Shown here: piece by piece, positions 1 to 9,498 of the stretch
Layout of the letters: each line of letters starts with the position of its first letter
How positions within the stretch are numbered: the first letter of the stretch is position 1
From: an uncultured Pseudobdellovibrionaceae bacterium
Lineage (GTDB): Bacteria > Bdellovibrionota > FAC87 > UBA2466
NCBI GenBank assembly: GCA_964604555.1
Contig: CAZRZK010000012.1
Span: 7,870-71,869, forward strand
Direction: 5' to 3'
Length of the DNA: 64,000 bases
Program-made: the position numbers and the translations under genes
Notes under the pieces: generated by a model
Told to the model about the DNA's origin: nothing
The model's input: only the letters and a program-made list of their open reading frames with translations
The model's database searches: none

Positions 1-945
1 CCCAACCAAAGAAACCTTTATCTGGGAATCTGTTTTCACGAGGCACCCGGAAGACTCCACCGCTCGATGCCCATCATTCAAGACATTGTGATCCTTATTC
101 TTCTCTGAAAGTTCATAGAGCGCGTTCCAAGATCCTACATCGGACCAACCGAAGCTCGCCGGCACCACATAGGTGTTATTCGCTCTTTCCATGATGAAGG
201 TGTCGATTGAAACACTCTCCACCTTCCCATATAAGGAACTCAATTCCTTATGGGAAGAGGCCTTTGCAAAGGGTTGCCATGCTTTGGGCTGCAAAGTTTG
301 GAAGGCCTTTTCCAGCGCCCCCAACGTCCAGACAAAGATCCCGCTATTCCAATAGATATGGTTTGAGGCTGACAACAACTTAGCCGTTTCAAGATCCGGC
401 TTTTCCACAAACCGCAACACATGCGCCCCTTTTGGGTTTAAGGGCAGTTCACTCTCGATATAACCATAACCGGTGTGGGGCGAAGTGGGACGGATCCCCA
501 AGGTCACCAAACCACTGGTTTCCTGAGCGAGTGGAATCGCAATCATTAACACCTGGCGAAAAGTAGCGGGGTCGGCAATATGGTGGTCAGCCGGTAACAC
601 CACCATCACCGTTTCGGAAGCCACCCCCAGCAATTGAAACTGCCGGAGTGAAAACATTAAACAGGGGGCGGTATTTTTTCCTTGAGGCTCTAAGAAAAAA
701 TGGGAAAGAGTGGGCAACTGCTCTTGCGCTAATGCTTTATCTTGTTCCCGGCAACAGACCGCGATTCGATCGGTAGGAATGAGAGGGAGAAGGCGCTTTA
801 CCGAAGCCTGGATGAGACTGCCCTCATTTCCATCTCCAAAAAGTGATAAAAATTGTTTGGGGCGCTCCGCTTGGCTTAGGGGCCAAAAGCGGGTGCCACT
901 TCCGCCCGCCATAATAAGGGCGACCGGCTCCTTATTGTTCACCAT
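1..945 (-). CDS. manC: mannose-1-phosphate guanylyltransferase (GDP-mannose pyrophosphorylase); C-terminus lies outside the window
   Basis: Own reverse-complement translation from the ATG at 945: MVNNKEPVALIMAGGSGTRFWPLSQAERPKQFLSL...EPQGKNTAPC...VLPADHHI...GYGYIE...FVEKPD...WNSGIFVW...GWSDVGSW. I checked that the frame stays open for all 315 codons down to position 1. It is absent from the supplied ORF track because it has no stop codon in the window. Confidence 0.85.
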   Translation of the reverse strand, partial: MVNNKEPVALIMAGGSGTRFWPLSQAERPKQFLSLFGDGNEGSLIQASVKRLLPLIPTDRIAVCCREQDKALAQEQLPTLSHFFLEPQGKNTAPCLMFSLRQFQLLGVASETVMVVLPADHHIADPATFRQVLMIAIPLAQETSGLVTLGIRPTSPHTGYGYIESELPLNPKGAHVLRFVEKPDLETAKLLSASNHIYWNSGIFVWTLGALEKAFQTLQPKAWQPFAKASSHKELSSLYGKVESVSIDTFIMERANNTYVVPASFGWSDVGSWNALYELSEKNKDHNVLNDGHRAVESSGCLVKTDSQIKVSLVG

Positions 946-1963
946 CCGCTTTTCTCACGAGAAAGTTTTTAATCTCGTTTTCCTTTTGGAGCATTTCACC
1001 ACTTTGTTGAGCGGTCTTCAAGTCGGGATAGTAACCGAGCCAAACGCGGTACCAGATTTCCTTTTTATCCCCAATCTCTTTAGTGGTGAAATAGGAGTGC
1101 CGGAACCCTTTCTGCTTCAACATCTCCACCCTTTCGGCCGCATCCTTCTCGGTGGGATAGGAACCAACCTGCACTGTAAACTTCCCTTTCGCTAAACTCT
1201 GGGGATACCGACTTGCGGGGGCACGGCCTTGGGACTCTTCTTTTTTAGGCGCTTCTTTAACAGCTTCGTGAGCAGCCTCTTTAGGTCCATGGACATCTCC
1301 ATGGGCCGCCTCTTTTTTTTCTTCATGGTTTTCGGCCGGCTTCGCATCATGAGCTACCGGTTTTGCATCATGCGCAGCAGCCTTTTCTTCATGCCCTGTT
1401 GCTTTATGCTCTTCTTTTTTTGCAGGAGCTCCATGTGCCGCAGCGGCCGGTTTATGAGCAGGCTCTTCGTCAAAAAGCTGCTTCACCTTGGGATTCTTCA
1501 TCACCAAATCACTCTCATCCTTCGCATGCTTGGGAGCTTCCTTTAGGGAAGTAGTCCCGAGATCCATTGCCTTCGGCTTTTCTTCATGTGCTGCCTCACC
1601 ATGCCCTGCTTCGCCCTGCGCCCCCTCTGCTGGCTTTGCTCCATGCTCATCATGGTTTTCAGCCGGCTTACGGTCTTCATGTTTATCTGCGTCATTTCCA
1701 TGCCCCTCCGCCTCGATCGGTGCGAGTGCCCCTCCATGGGCCTCTTGATGTGGCGCTCCATGAGAATCGGCGTCTTTATGTTGAGGGGCGTGGAGCGCTG
1801 GAAGATCCACATCTTTCAGGAGAATCGCTTCGTATTTAGCCTGAGCAATCCCCTTCCCGACGACAATCCCTACTGTAAACATCAGTAGAGAGACGAAAAC
1901 AAAAAGGCTGAAAATTACTGCGATTTCACGATGATCAAAGCGCAACTGGGGATCTTTAGCCAT
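932..1963 (-). CDS. SPOR domain protein, membrane anchored, with a long His/Ala/Lys/Glu-rich linker
   Basis: N-terminal TM helix (IAVIFSLFVFVSLLMFTVGIVVG). About 220 aa of low-complexity H/A/K/E-rich sequence follows. The C-terminus is SPOR-like (FTVQVGSYPTEKDAAERVEMLKQKGF...WYRVWLGYYPDLKTAQ). The 3' end overlaps the manC start by 14 nt. Confidence 0.8.
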   Translation of the reverse strand: MAKDPQLRFDHREIAVIFSLFVFVSLLMFTVGIVVGKGIAQAKYEAILLKDVDLPALHAPQHKDADSHGAPHQEAHGGALAPIEAEGHGNDADKHEDRKPAENHDEHGAKPAEGAQGEAGHGEAAHEEKPKAMDLGTTSLKEAPKHAKDESDLVMKNPKVKQLFDEEPAHKPAAAAHGAPAKKEEHKATGHEEKAAAHDAKPVAHDAKPAENHEEKKEAAHGDVHGPKEAAHEAVKEAPKKEESQGRAPASRYPQSLAKGKFTVQVGSYPTEKDAAERVEMLKQKGFRHSYFTTKEIGDKKEIWYRVWLGYYPDLKTAQQSGEMLQKENEIKNFLVRKADGEQ

Positions 1964-2100
1964 AGTCGACTTTCGGAATGTAAAATGTTGTGGGGATTCT
2001 TTTAAAAAGACACTACTTTATATTATAAGCCCATATCCTAATTGGATCAAACCTGCTCTTGACTGATATCATCCCAGCGAAGATGCTGTGCGTTTGATAC

Positions 2101-2178
<78 letters not shown>

Positions 2179-2209
2179 AATTCGAGGTTCCTAATCTTGA
2201 AAGGCCTCC

Positions 2210-3211
2210 ATGTCTGCTTCCCTCCTACTTACTTTAGCCCTAAACCTTTCGCTCCTTTCCCTCCCTTCACTTGCTAATCCCCCCAAAAAAGTAAAAAACT
2301 TCGTCTTCTTTGGCAGAGACCGGGAACGAATCAGCGAAAAGAACTTCTTAAACACCTCCCAATTTACTGGGGCACAACTTCTCTACGCCTGGAAGGAGCT
2401 CGAAACCGATAAAGACGAATATGACTTCAGCGAAATCCAAAAAGATCTCGCTTTCCTTACTTCAAAAGGTAAAAAACTGTTTATTCAACTCCAAGACACT
2501 ACCTTCAATCCCAAGAAAAATGCAGTCCCCAAATACTTAACCACGGAAGCTCAATACCATGGTGGTGTTATTTACCAAAAAAATGAAAAAGGGAAACAAG
2601 AAGGCTGGGTATTGATGCGCTGGGATCCCGCTGTTCGTGAACGGCTTCACAAACTCTTCATCGCACTCGGAAAAAAATTCAATGGAAAAATCGAAGGGAT
2701 AACTCTCCAAGAAACAGCCGTCGGAGTATACGAAAACGAAGAGACCGCAAAGAAAGATTTTTCTTACGTAAAATATCGCGACGGGATTCTCGCCAACATG
2801 AAAGCGCTTAAAAAAGCGTTTCCCAACGCCATTGCGATGCAATACGCCAACTTTATGCCCGGGGAATGGTTACCGGACGAAGACAAAGGCTATTTGGATT
2901 CCATTTACCAATTTGCCAAAAGAAATGGAATTGCCATCGGTTCTCCTGATCTCATGCCGAAAAAAAAGAGCCAGCAAAACCACGCCTTCAAGTTCATGAA
3001 TCAGCTTGGAGATGAAATGGTCATAGGAATAGCAGTGCAAGACGGAAACTACTCCGGCACCACCAATGAAATCATCAACCCCACTGAATCTTGGCCAAAC
3101 CTAGTTCCAGAATTAGACGCCTTCGCGAAAAAGGAACTCAAAGTGGATTACATCTTTTGGGGCGCACAAGAGCCCTATTTCTCCCACGATGTCGTTCCTT
3201 ATTTTAAATAG
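2210..3211 (+). CDS. secreted hypothetical protein, possibly a glycoside-hydrolase-like TIM-barrel protein
   Basis: 333-aa ORF with an N-terminal signal-like segment (LLLTLALNLSLLSLPSLA). The segment AQLLYAWKELETDKDEYDFSEIQKDLAFLTSKGKKLFIQL resembles the N-terminal strands of GH5/GH42-like barrels. This assignment is by eye only. Confidence 0.45.
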   Translation: MSASLLLTLALNLSLLSLPSLANPPKKVKNFVFFGRDRERISEKNFLNTSQFTGAQLLYAWKELETDKDEYDFSEIQKDLAFLTSKGKKLFIQLQDTTFNPKKNAVPKYLTTEAQYHGGVIYQKNEKGKQEGWVLMRWDPAVRERLHKLFIALGKKFNGKIEGITLQETAVGVYENEETAKKDFSYVKYRDGILANMKALKKAFPNAIAMQYANFMPGEWLPDEDKGYLDSIYQFAKRNGIAIGSPDLMPKKKSQQNHAFKFMNQLGDEMVIGIAVQDGNYSGTTNEIINPTESWPNLVPELDAFAKKELKVDYIFWGAQEPYFSHDVVPYFK

Positions 3212-3276
3212 CTCATTCCACAGCAGGAAATATCAAGGACAGAACAACCTGACCGTTTCGCACATAGAAACTTCAT

Positions 3277-4209
3277 TCAAACTTTTTCTTTTAACATCGG
3301 CGGCCAAACCAACGAAGCCGCAATAGAGAGCAATAAGATCCCCAGTACAGCCCCCAAAGCAATAGGAGTGGGAACCTTATAAACATCCATTATCAGCATC
3401 TTGCCCCCGATAAAGACCAAGATCGCCGCCAGGCCAAACTTAAGATAATGAAAAACCTCCACCAATCCCGCCACCGCAAAATAGAGCGATCTCAAACCCA
3501 AAATAGCAAAAGCATTGGAGGTGTAGACGATAAAGGGATCGGCACTAATAGCTAAAATTGCTGGGATTGAATCGACCGCAAAAACCAGATCGGTCGCCTC
3601 AACTACTAAGAGAGAAGCAAAGAGAGGGGTGGCACGTTTCCTGCCTTCCATCATTGTAAAAAATTTCCCCCCATCATAGGTCGATGAAAAAGGAATGAAC
3701 TTCCTCAACAGTCTCATCGTCAGCTTCTTCTCAAGGGTAATCTCCTCTTTTTTTGGCAGAGCCATCTTGATCCCAGAGAAAATCAGGAAACCACCAAAGA
3801 CAAAGATAATCCAATGGTACCTTTCAATCAGCGCGACACCGGCAAAGATAAATGCAGCTCGCATCGCTAAGGCCCCTAGGATTCCCCAGAACAGTACTTT
3901 ATGTTGATACCGTTCCGGCACGTGGAAATAGGTAAAGATCATCAGAATAACAAAAATATTATCGACACTTAAAGACTTCTCGATCAGATATCCGGTCAAA
4001 AATTCAAGAGCAAGTTCCGTACCGAACCAATGATAGATCCCCAAGTTAAAAAGCAACGCCATCGTGACCCAGACAAAGGTCCAGCCCAACGCCTCTTTAA
4101 AACTGACCTTATGGGATTTACGATGAAAGACCCCCAGATCCAATCCCAACATCAAAAGGACGAAAAGATTGAAGCCAACCCACAATAAAATTCCAGGATG
4201 ATTATCCAT
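3277..4209 (-). CDS. TerC family integral membrane protein
   Basis: 310-aa multi-pass membrane ORF. It has the TerC-type signature LSVDNIFVILMIF and a second half-repeat FAVDSIPAILAIS. Confidence 0.85.
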   Translation of the reverse strand: MDNHPGILLWVGFNLFVLLMLGLDLGVFHRKSHKVSFKEALGWTFVWVTMALLFNLGIYHWFGTELALEFLTGYLIEKSLSVDNIFVILMIFTYFHVPERYQHKVLFWGILGALAMRAAFIFAGVALIERYHWIIFVFGGFLIFSGIKMALPKKEEITLEKKLTMRLLRKFIPFSSTYDGGKFFTMMEGRKRATPLFASLLVVEATDLVFAVDSIPAILAISADPFIVYTSNAFAILGLRSLYFAVAGLVEVFHYLKFGLAAILVFIGGKMLIMDVYKVPTPIALGAVLGILLLSIAASLVWPPMLKEKV

Positions 4210-4394
4210 TTTATTATCTTAACCTTGTTATATCAAAGGGCTCAATTTCGGAATTTTTCCATGCCGCATGGAGCGCCACTGCCAAATCTCCCACAATAAA
4301 GACACTTTCATCTTTTTAACGATTTTACTAGCCACTTTTTTAGTGATGTTTGCGATTCATTTTCTAGAAGATTCTTTTCATTTGTTAGGCCAGC

Positions 4395-4823
4395 TTAAAA
4401 CTTCAGCCGAAGTTCTTCTGAAATTCTCTGAATTTCCTTGGAATCGATCAGTGGGGCATCAGGCCATTCAATCAATTTCCGGCCTCCCCAATACTCTTTT
4501 GGAGTTTTAGGATATCTCGGAATAATGTGCACATGGAGGTGGGGGACCAGATCACTGATAGTAAAAGTATAAATATGTTCTGCGCCGAGTGATTGCTTTA
4601 AAAGCTTCGCCGCTTTCGAAATCAGCGTACCAATTTCAGCCGCCTCTGCTTCACTGAGCTCAGCATAAGAAGGGACATGCCTTCTACTTTCAACAAAAAG
4701 GTAACCTTTATACATTTTGGGGTTTTCGGCAGTACAATGGTAGTGGACTAGAAGCGCATGTTGTCCTTCATAAATTAAGGGGCTTAACGGCTCCTTATGC
4801 TTTGTACAAATGAGACAATTCAT
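4395..4823 (-). CDS. HIT (histidine triad) family protein
   Basis: 142-aa ORF containing the histidine triad HLHVHIIPR. Confidence 0.85.
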   Translation of the reverse strand: MNCLICTKHKEPLSPLIYEGQHALLVHYHCTAENPKMYKGYLFVESRRHVPSYAELSEAEAAEIGTLISKAAKLLKQSLGAEHIYTFTISDLVPHLHVHIIPRYPKTPKEYWGGRKLIEWPDAPLIDSKEIQRISEELRLKF

Positions 4824-4861
4824 GGTTTGTCATAGTAACTTTCCAATGCAAGGAGGTCCAG

Positions 4862-5560
4862 ATGCTTGAGGTCAGAAAATCGGAAGAACGAGGCACAGCC
4901 CAATTAGACTGGCTCCATAGCCGTCACACTTTTTCTTTTGGAGATTATTTTGATCCCAAGCAATTAGGATTTTCCGATCTTCGGGTGATCAATGATGATG
5001 TTGTCCAACCGGGAAAAGGATTTGATACGCATCCCCATGCCGATATGGAAATCTTTACCTATGTCCTGACCGGCACCTTACAACACCGCGACTCCATGGG
5101 CACCGGATCCATTATCCGCCCCGGAGAGGTGCAGCTCATGAGTGCAGGGAGTGGAGTTCAACACAGTGAATTCAATCCTTCCGATTCCGAACAGGTCCAT
5201 TTGCTTCAGATTTGGATTCGTCCAAATCAGAAGGGGATAAAACCTAGCTACCAACAGGCCGATTTTCCCGAAAATCAGAAACGTGGAAAATTAAGATTGA
5301 TCATTTCTCCAGCGGGGAACGAGGGCTCGCTCAAAATCCAGCAGGATGTGCAAGTCTATGCTGGATTACTGAATGCAAATGAGCTTATGAATTATGAATT
5401 TAATCCCAACCGAAAGGGATACGTCCATATTGCCCGTGGAGAACTTCAACTGAACGGAATTCCCTTAACGGAAGGGGATGGAGTTCGCATACAGGAAGAA
5501 AAAGTGCTTTCCTTTTCGCAGGGAAAGGATGCGGAACTCCTGCTTTTCGACTTACGGTAA
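4862..5560 (+). CDS. pirin family protein (cupin)
   Basis: 232-aa ORF with pirin N-terminal metal-site residues (FDTHPHADMEIFTYVLTGTLQHRDSMG...QLMSAGSGVQHSE). Confidence 0.85.
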   Translation: MLEVRKSEERGTAQLDWLHSRHTFSFGDYFDPKQLGFSDLRVINDDVVQPGKGFDTHPHADMEIFTYVLTGTLQHRDSMGTGSIIRPGEVQLMSAGSGVQHSEFNPSDSEQVHLLQIWIRPNQKGIKPSYQQADFPENQKRGKLRLIISPAGNEGSLKIQQDVQVYAGLLNANELMNYEFNPNRKGYVHIARGELQLNGIPLTEGDGVRIQEEKVLSFSQGKDAELLLFDLR

Positions 5561-5733
5561 TTAGTTCTTGTCGGGAAAATCAAAAAGGGGGGCCCGAAGG
5601 GCCTTCATTAATATGTTCCCGACAAGAACGTATCCTGAGGACGAAGTCCGAAGGATCTCGTCATATCAAGCATTTACGATGAGATCCCTCGCATTCGCTC
5701 GGGATACGCCGCTTTCGGGAAAACATCAATGTG

Positions 5734-5757
5734 AGCCCCTTCGGGGCTAATTTTTTA
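5734..5757 (+). terminator. rho-independent terminator-like hairpin (AGCCCC-TTC-GGGGCT followed by AATTTTTT)
   Basis: GC-rich 6-bp stem with a short loop, then a T6 run on the plus strand. It lies about 170 nt downstream of the pirin stop codon. Confidence 0.5.
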
Positions 5758-5777
5758 GATTTCCCGACAGCGACTAA

Positions 5778-6161
5778 TTAAAGTTTAGAGACCGGCTTTT
5801 TAGCCTTTTTCCATCCCATAATGCCATCGGCCATCACCATCACATCGCTGTAGCCATTCTCTGCTGCTCGCTCTGCGGCGGTGTGAGAAGCAGTGCACTG
5901 AAGGTTGCCACAATAAAAAACTAATTTGGTGCTTTTATCGGCTGGCAATTCGGCTAAATCATAATTGCTCGAGGAGGAAAGAGGCTTGGCTCCGACAATC
6001 ATCCCCTCTTTCTTGCGCATCTTTTCGCCATTCGCATCAAAGATAGCTAGTTTGATATCTTTTTTTGCCTGAAGCTCCGCAAGATCTTTCACATAGATCA
6101 ATTTGAAAGGCTGGTTGGCGAATGCAATAGAACAGAGAATCAAAGCAAGAAGTGTTTTCAT
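5778..6161 (-). CDS. rhodanese-like domain protein, secreted
   Basis: 127-aa ORF with a signal peptide (MKTLLALILCSIAFA) and a rhodanese-like C-terminal part (LVFYCGNLQCTASHTAAERAAENGYSDVMVMADGIMGWKK). Confidence 0.75.
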   Translation of the reverse strand: MKTLLALILCSIAFANQPFKLIYVKDLAELQAKKDIKLAIFDANGEKMRKKEGMIVGAKPLSSSSNYDLAELPADKSTKLVFYCGNLQCTASHTAAERAAENGYSDVMVMADGIMGWKKAKKPVSKL

Positions 6162-6177
6162 GGAATTTATTTAAGCA

Positions 6178-8394
6178 CTAATGCGGTTTGATGACAACAC
6201 TACGAGATTGCGAGAGCGAAGCTCGAAGCAATCCCCTCAAACGGTCGGCAAGTTTGTTCCAGCGCTTTCCTTGATTCGCACTTTTCACCGCGATCGCCAC
6301 CGCCTTTTTCTGGCCAATTAAAACAACCAATTTCTTTCCACGCGTCACTCCGGTGTAGAGAATATTCCGTTTCAACATCATAAAATGTTGCATCGCCACC
6401 GGCAGAACAACAGCGGGATATTCCGATCCCTGCGATTTATGGATCGTGGTAGCATAGGCTAAAGTCAAAATATCAAGCTCTCCGAACTCAAACGCAACTC
6501 CACGGCCGTCTATCTCTACTATTAATTCCTGTTCTTCCTTATCGATGCTTTGGATATAGCCAATATCTCCGTTAAAAACCTCTTTGTCGTAATCATTGGT
6601 GGTGACCATCACCTTGTCGCCCGTGGCGAAGGTCGTTCCGAATCGTTCCACCTTGTCAATGGCATCCGGGTTAAGGGCCTTCTGCAACTCTACATTGAGC
6701 GAACGCGCTCCCAATCCCGCGCGGTTCATGGGGCACACCACTTGAATTTCCCGCACCGCATGGAATCCAAACCGACGGGGGATTCGTTCCTTCACCAATT
6801 CGATGATCTTGGGAACGATCTCCTCGGGAGTTTCTCCCGCAACGTAATAAAAATCGCTCTTTTCATCTTGAGCTTCAAAATCGGGCATCTGTCCTTGATT
6901 GATCCGATGGGCATTGGAGACAATCTGGCTCTGCGCCGCCTGTCGAAAAATTTGCGTCAAACGCACCGTAGGGATTACGGTCGAATCGATCAATGAGGCC
7001 AACACCGCCCCCGGGCCTACCGAGGGAATTTGATCCACGTCGCCAACAATCAAGATAGAAGCCTTTTTTGGAATCGCCTTTAAAAGGGAGTTCATCAAGG
7101 AGAGGTCCACCATCGAGGCTTCATCCAAAAGAAGGAGGTCAATTTCGAGGGGGTTCGATTCATCATGGGTGAAGCCGCCCATTTTACCGTCGAATTTCAA
7201 AAGCCGGTGGATCGTCTTTGCCTCCATGCCGGTGCATTCCGAAAGCCGTTTTGCCGCTCTTCCTGTGGGAGAGCAGAGAGCCATCGTTACTCTTTTTGCC
7301 GCCAGCACGGTCACTATCGCTTTGGTCAACGTCGTCTTTCCCGTGCCCGGTCCGCCGGTAATAATGAGGATTTTCCCTTTCAGCGCCGTCCTCACCGCCT
7401 CCCTTTGGAGATCGGCGAGTTGGATCTGGAGTTTCGACTCCACCCAGGGCAGAGCCTTCTCAACATCCAACTCTCCCCAAGGGGGAACCCCTTCCATTCG
7501 CTCTTGGAGGAGTTCCGTCACATTACATTCCCATCGAAAAAGGGAGATAGGATAGAGACATTCCACCCCTTCGATCGTTTCAGCAATCAAATGATCCGAT
7601 TGCAACTCTTCCTCCAATGCATTCCTTAAAACTTCGGCATCGATTTCGAGAAGCTCTTGAGCTTTTGCGATCAACTCCTCTTTAGGAAAGGCGCAGTGGC
7701 CATTGCTGATTTGTTCAGAAAGGGCGAAATGGATTCCGGCCCTCGCCCGTTGCATCGAATCTCTTGGAACCCCCAAGTTTCCGGCAATCTGATCGGCCGT
7801 TCTAAATCCGATCCCTTGAATGTCTTTCGCGAGGTGATACGGGTTGGCTTTGACTCTTTCGATCGCCTCGGCTCCGTAGGTTTTAAAAATACGGACTGCT
7901 CTACCTGTCCCTACCCCGTGCGATTGGAGAAAAACCATAATCTCCCGAATTACTTTTTGATCCTGCCATGCGGAAAGGATCTTTTTGATGCGCACCGGAC
8001 CGATGCCTGACACCTCTGATAATCGACGAGGAGTCTTCTCGATAATGTCGAAGACCTCCAAACCAAATGCGGTCACCATCCTTTTGGCATATTGAGGGCC
8101 GATTCCCTTGATCATTCCCGAGCCAAGATATTTCTCGATTCCTTCCAATGTCGAAGGATGGACCGTTTTTAACGCTTTCGATTGGAATTGAACTCCAAAT
8201 TCGCGGTGGTTGATCCAGCCCCCTTGAGCCTCCACAAATTCACCCGCCGAAATAGCTGCGGCATGTCCTACAATGGTAACCGCATCGCGATGCCCCTTTA
8301 CCCTCACCTTAATGACGCAATAACCATTCTCCTCATTATGATAAGTCACCCGCTCTACCGAACCGGTAATCAATTCCGACTGCATCGATTCCAC
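6178..8394 (-). CDS. recD2: ATP-dependent RecD-like (RecD2) SF1 DNA helicase
   Basis: 738 aa. N-terminal OB/HhH-like region (YLGSGMIKGIGPQYAKRMV). Walker A is ITGGPGTGKTT and Walker B is LLLLDEASMVD. The C-terminal SF1 motif is AYATTIHKSQGSEYPAVV. Confidence 0.9.
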   Translation of the reverse strand: MESMQSELITGSVERVTYHNEENGYCVIKVRVKGHRDAVTIVGHAAAISAGEFVEAQGGWINHREFGVQFQSKALKTVHPSTLEGIEKYLGSGMIKGIGPQYAKRMVTAFGLEVFDIIEKTPRRLSEVSGIGPVRIKKILSAWQDQKVIREIMVFLQSHGVGTGRAVRIFKTYGAEAIERVKANPYHLAKDIQGIGFRTADQIAGNLGVPRDSMQRARAGIHFALSEQISNGHCAFPKEELIAKAQELLEIDAEVLRNALEEELQSDHLIAETIEGVECLYPISLFRWECNVTELLQERMEGVPPWGELDVEKALPWVESKLQIQLADLQREAVRTALKGKILIITGGPGTGKTTLTKAIVTVLAAKRVTMALCSPTGRAAKRLSECTGMEAKTIHRLLKFDGKMGGFTHDESNPLEIDLLLLDEASMVDLSLMNSLLKAIPKKASILIVGDVDQIPSVGPGAVLASLIDSTVIPTVRLTQIFRQAAQSQIVSNAHRINQGQMPDFEAQDEKSDFYYVAGETPEEIVPKIIELVKERIPRRFGFHAVREIQVVCPMNRAGLGARSLNVELQKALNPDAIDKVERFGTTFATGDKVMVTTNDYDKEVFNGDIGYIQSIDKEEQELIVEIDGRGVAFEFGELDILTLAYATTIHKSQGSEYPAVVLPVAMQHFMMLKRNILYTGVTRGKKLVVLIGQKKAVAIAVKSANQGKRWNKLADRLRGLLRASLSQSRSVVIKPH

Positions 8395-8430
8395 GCCGGG
8401 ACCTTAACATTGATACTGATCTAAGTTAAT

Positions 8431-9498
8431 ATGGAGATACTCCACGTGCTAAAAAAAACCTTCATCGTCTTCCTCTCCTTTTTTGGAGCTCTCACCCTAA
8501 TAGAAGCAGGAATCCGGCTTGCCGACTGGTACCGCGGAAGCGATCCCTTTGCCAGAGCCTATTGGTATTGGGGCTTTGAACAGGATCGATTCCTGGGCTA
8601 CCGTCCGGCGGCCAACATCAAATTCCGTTTAAGCAGCGGGAACTATTTCGACACCAATTCGGCCGGCTTCCGTGACCGCGAAATGGCTATCCAATCTCCC
8701 ACTCCTCGTCGACTCATTATCTGCATGGGGGAATCGAACACCTGGGGAACCGGTTCATACAATTTAGAAACCACCTGGCCTAAATATTTGGAAAAGATTC
8801 TCCAGTCCCATAATAGGGATTTTGTCGTCTTGAATGCCGGGGTGACGGGGTACACCACGGTAGAAAATCTCCAGCTCCTTTCATTGCGGCTTTTGAAATA
8901 CCAGCCAGAAGCCATTATCTACATGGGGTTTCGAAACGATTTTATTTCATATGTAAATACGCTTTCCGAGCTGATCGATTTTGACTTTTACCGCCGTCCT
9001 TTCGCTCCGATCGCGCGCAGTGGTTTTACCGACTTTTGGATGCACTCGACAATCGTTTCCCTTTTCATGACCCGTTTCAGAAATCGGGCCCGATTGGATG
9101 GAAGGGGCTTCGCCCTCGCCCGTGAGATCAACACCCTCTACCCTCCTTTGATTAATAAAAGAGTCTCTGAGCGGGGCAAGGCATTGCTCTATGACAACAT
9201 CGCGCTCATGTCAGAGCTCGCGAAACGACATCAGATCCAGTTCCTCTGGGCCGATCAGGTGATTCAATCTTCATCTCAACATCCAATTGAAAACCTTCGG
9301 AAGGAACTCAACATTCAAGTCCATCAGCTCAAGATTCCATTCTTAGAAGTCAATTCTCTTTACGATCGAACAAAATTCCCGATGTTGGACGACGTCCATC
9401 TTTCGGAGCAAGGGAATCAACATTTAGCTGAACTGATTGCGCCCCAACTCCTTTCTCGATTAAGAAGCCAACCTAGCCGTGACAAAAAATCTCTTTAA
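8431..9498 (+). CDS. membrane-anchored SGNH/GDSL-type hydrolase, paralog 1
   Basis: 355 aa with an N-terminal TM segment. Block I-like motif is LIICMGESNTWGTGS (GES in place of GDS). Block III-like motif is LNAGVTGYT. Block V-like motif is DDVHLSEQGNQ (DxxH). Confidence 0.7.
   Translation: MEILHVLKKTFIVFLSFFGALTLIEAGIRLADWYRGSDPFARAYWYWGFEQDRFLGYRPAANIKFRLSSGNYFDTNSAGFRDREMAIQSPTPRRLIICMGESNTWGTGSYNLETTWPKYLEKILQSHNRDFVVLNAGVTGYTTVENLQLLSLRLLKYQPEAIIYMGFRNDFISYVNTLSELIDFDFYRRPFAPIARSGFTDFWMHSTIVSLFMTRFRNRARLDGRGFALAREINTLYPPLINKRVSERGKALLYDNIALMSELAKRHQIQFLWADQVIQSSSQHPIENLRKELNIQVHQLKIPFLEVNSLYDRTKFPMLDDVHLSEQGNQHLAELIAPQLLSRLRSQPSRDKKSL

Noticed and set aside
1229-1888. A cluster of 60-105-aa ORFs in several frames on both strands (1229-1546, 1363-1554, 1488-1748, 1543-1812, 1567-1839, 1586-1888).
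   Set aside because: All of them lie inside the low-complexity His/Ala/Lys/Glu-coding part of the SPOR protein gene. Their products are compositionally absurd (poly-F/L/S/C), which is an artefact of repetitive GC-skewed codons.
2960-2972. A7-A8 and T8 homopolymer runs scattered through coding regions (for example near 2963, 18428, 21101, 28344 and 37405), considered as phase-variation sites.
   Set aside because: They are frequent, mostly encode Lys-Lys or Phe-Phe, and occur in housekeeping genes too, so they have no specific signal value. Only the (CT)7.5 repeat, and the coincidence of tracts in both GT-C-like genes, was kept as a finding.
4210-4394. Possible yybP-ykoY (Mn2+) riboswitch in the 185-nt leader of the TerC-family gene. 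TerC/Alx genes are classic targets of this riboswitch.
   Set aside because: I reverse-complemented the leader by hand. It has small hairpins (CCATG-CGG-CATGG and GGAA-AAA-TTCC) and a GUGGGAGAUUUGG string. It lacks the conserved GGGGAGUAG core and a matching 3' half that I could recognise. An Infernal scan with RF00080 would settle this. The 80-aa track ORF 4268-4510 in this region overlaps the HIT gene and looks non-coding.
5568-5750. 60-aa plus-strand ORF in the pirin-rhodanese spacer.
   Set aside because: It reads straight through nested inverted repeats and a terminator hairpin, has no ribosome-binding site, and gives an Arg/Ser-rich product. It is most likely a by-product of the repeats.
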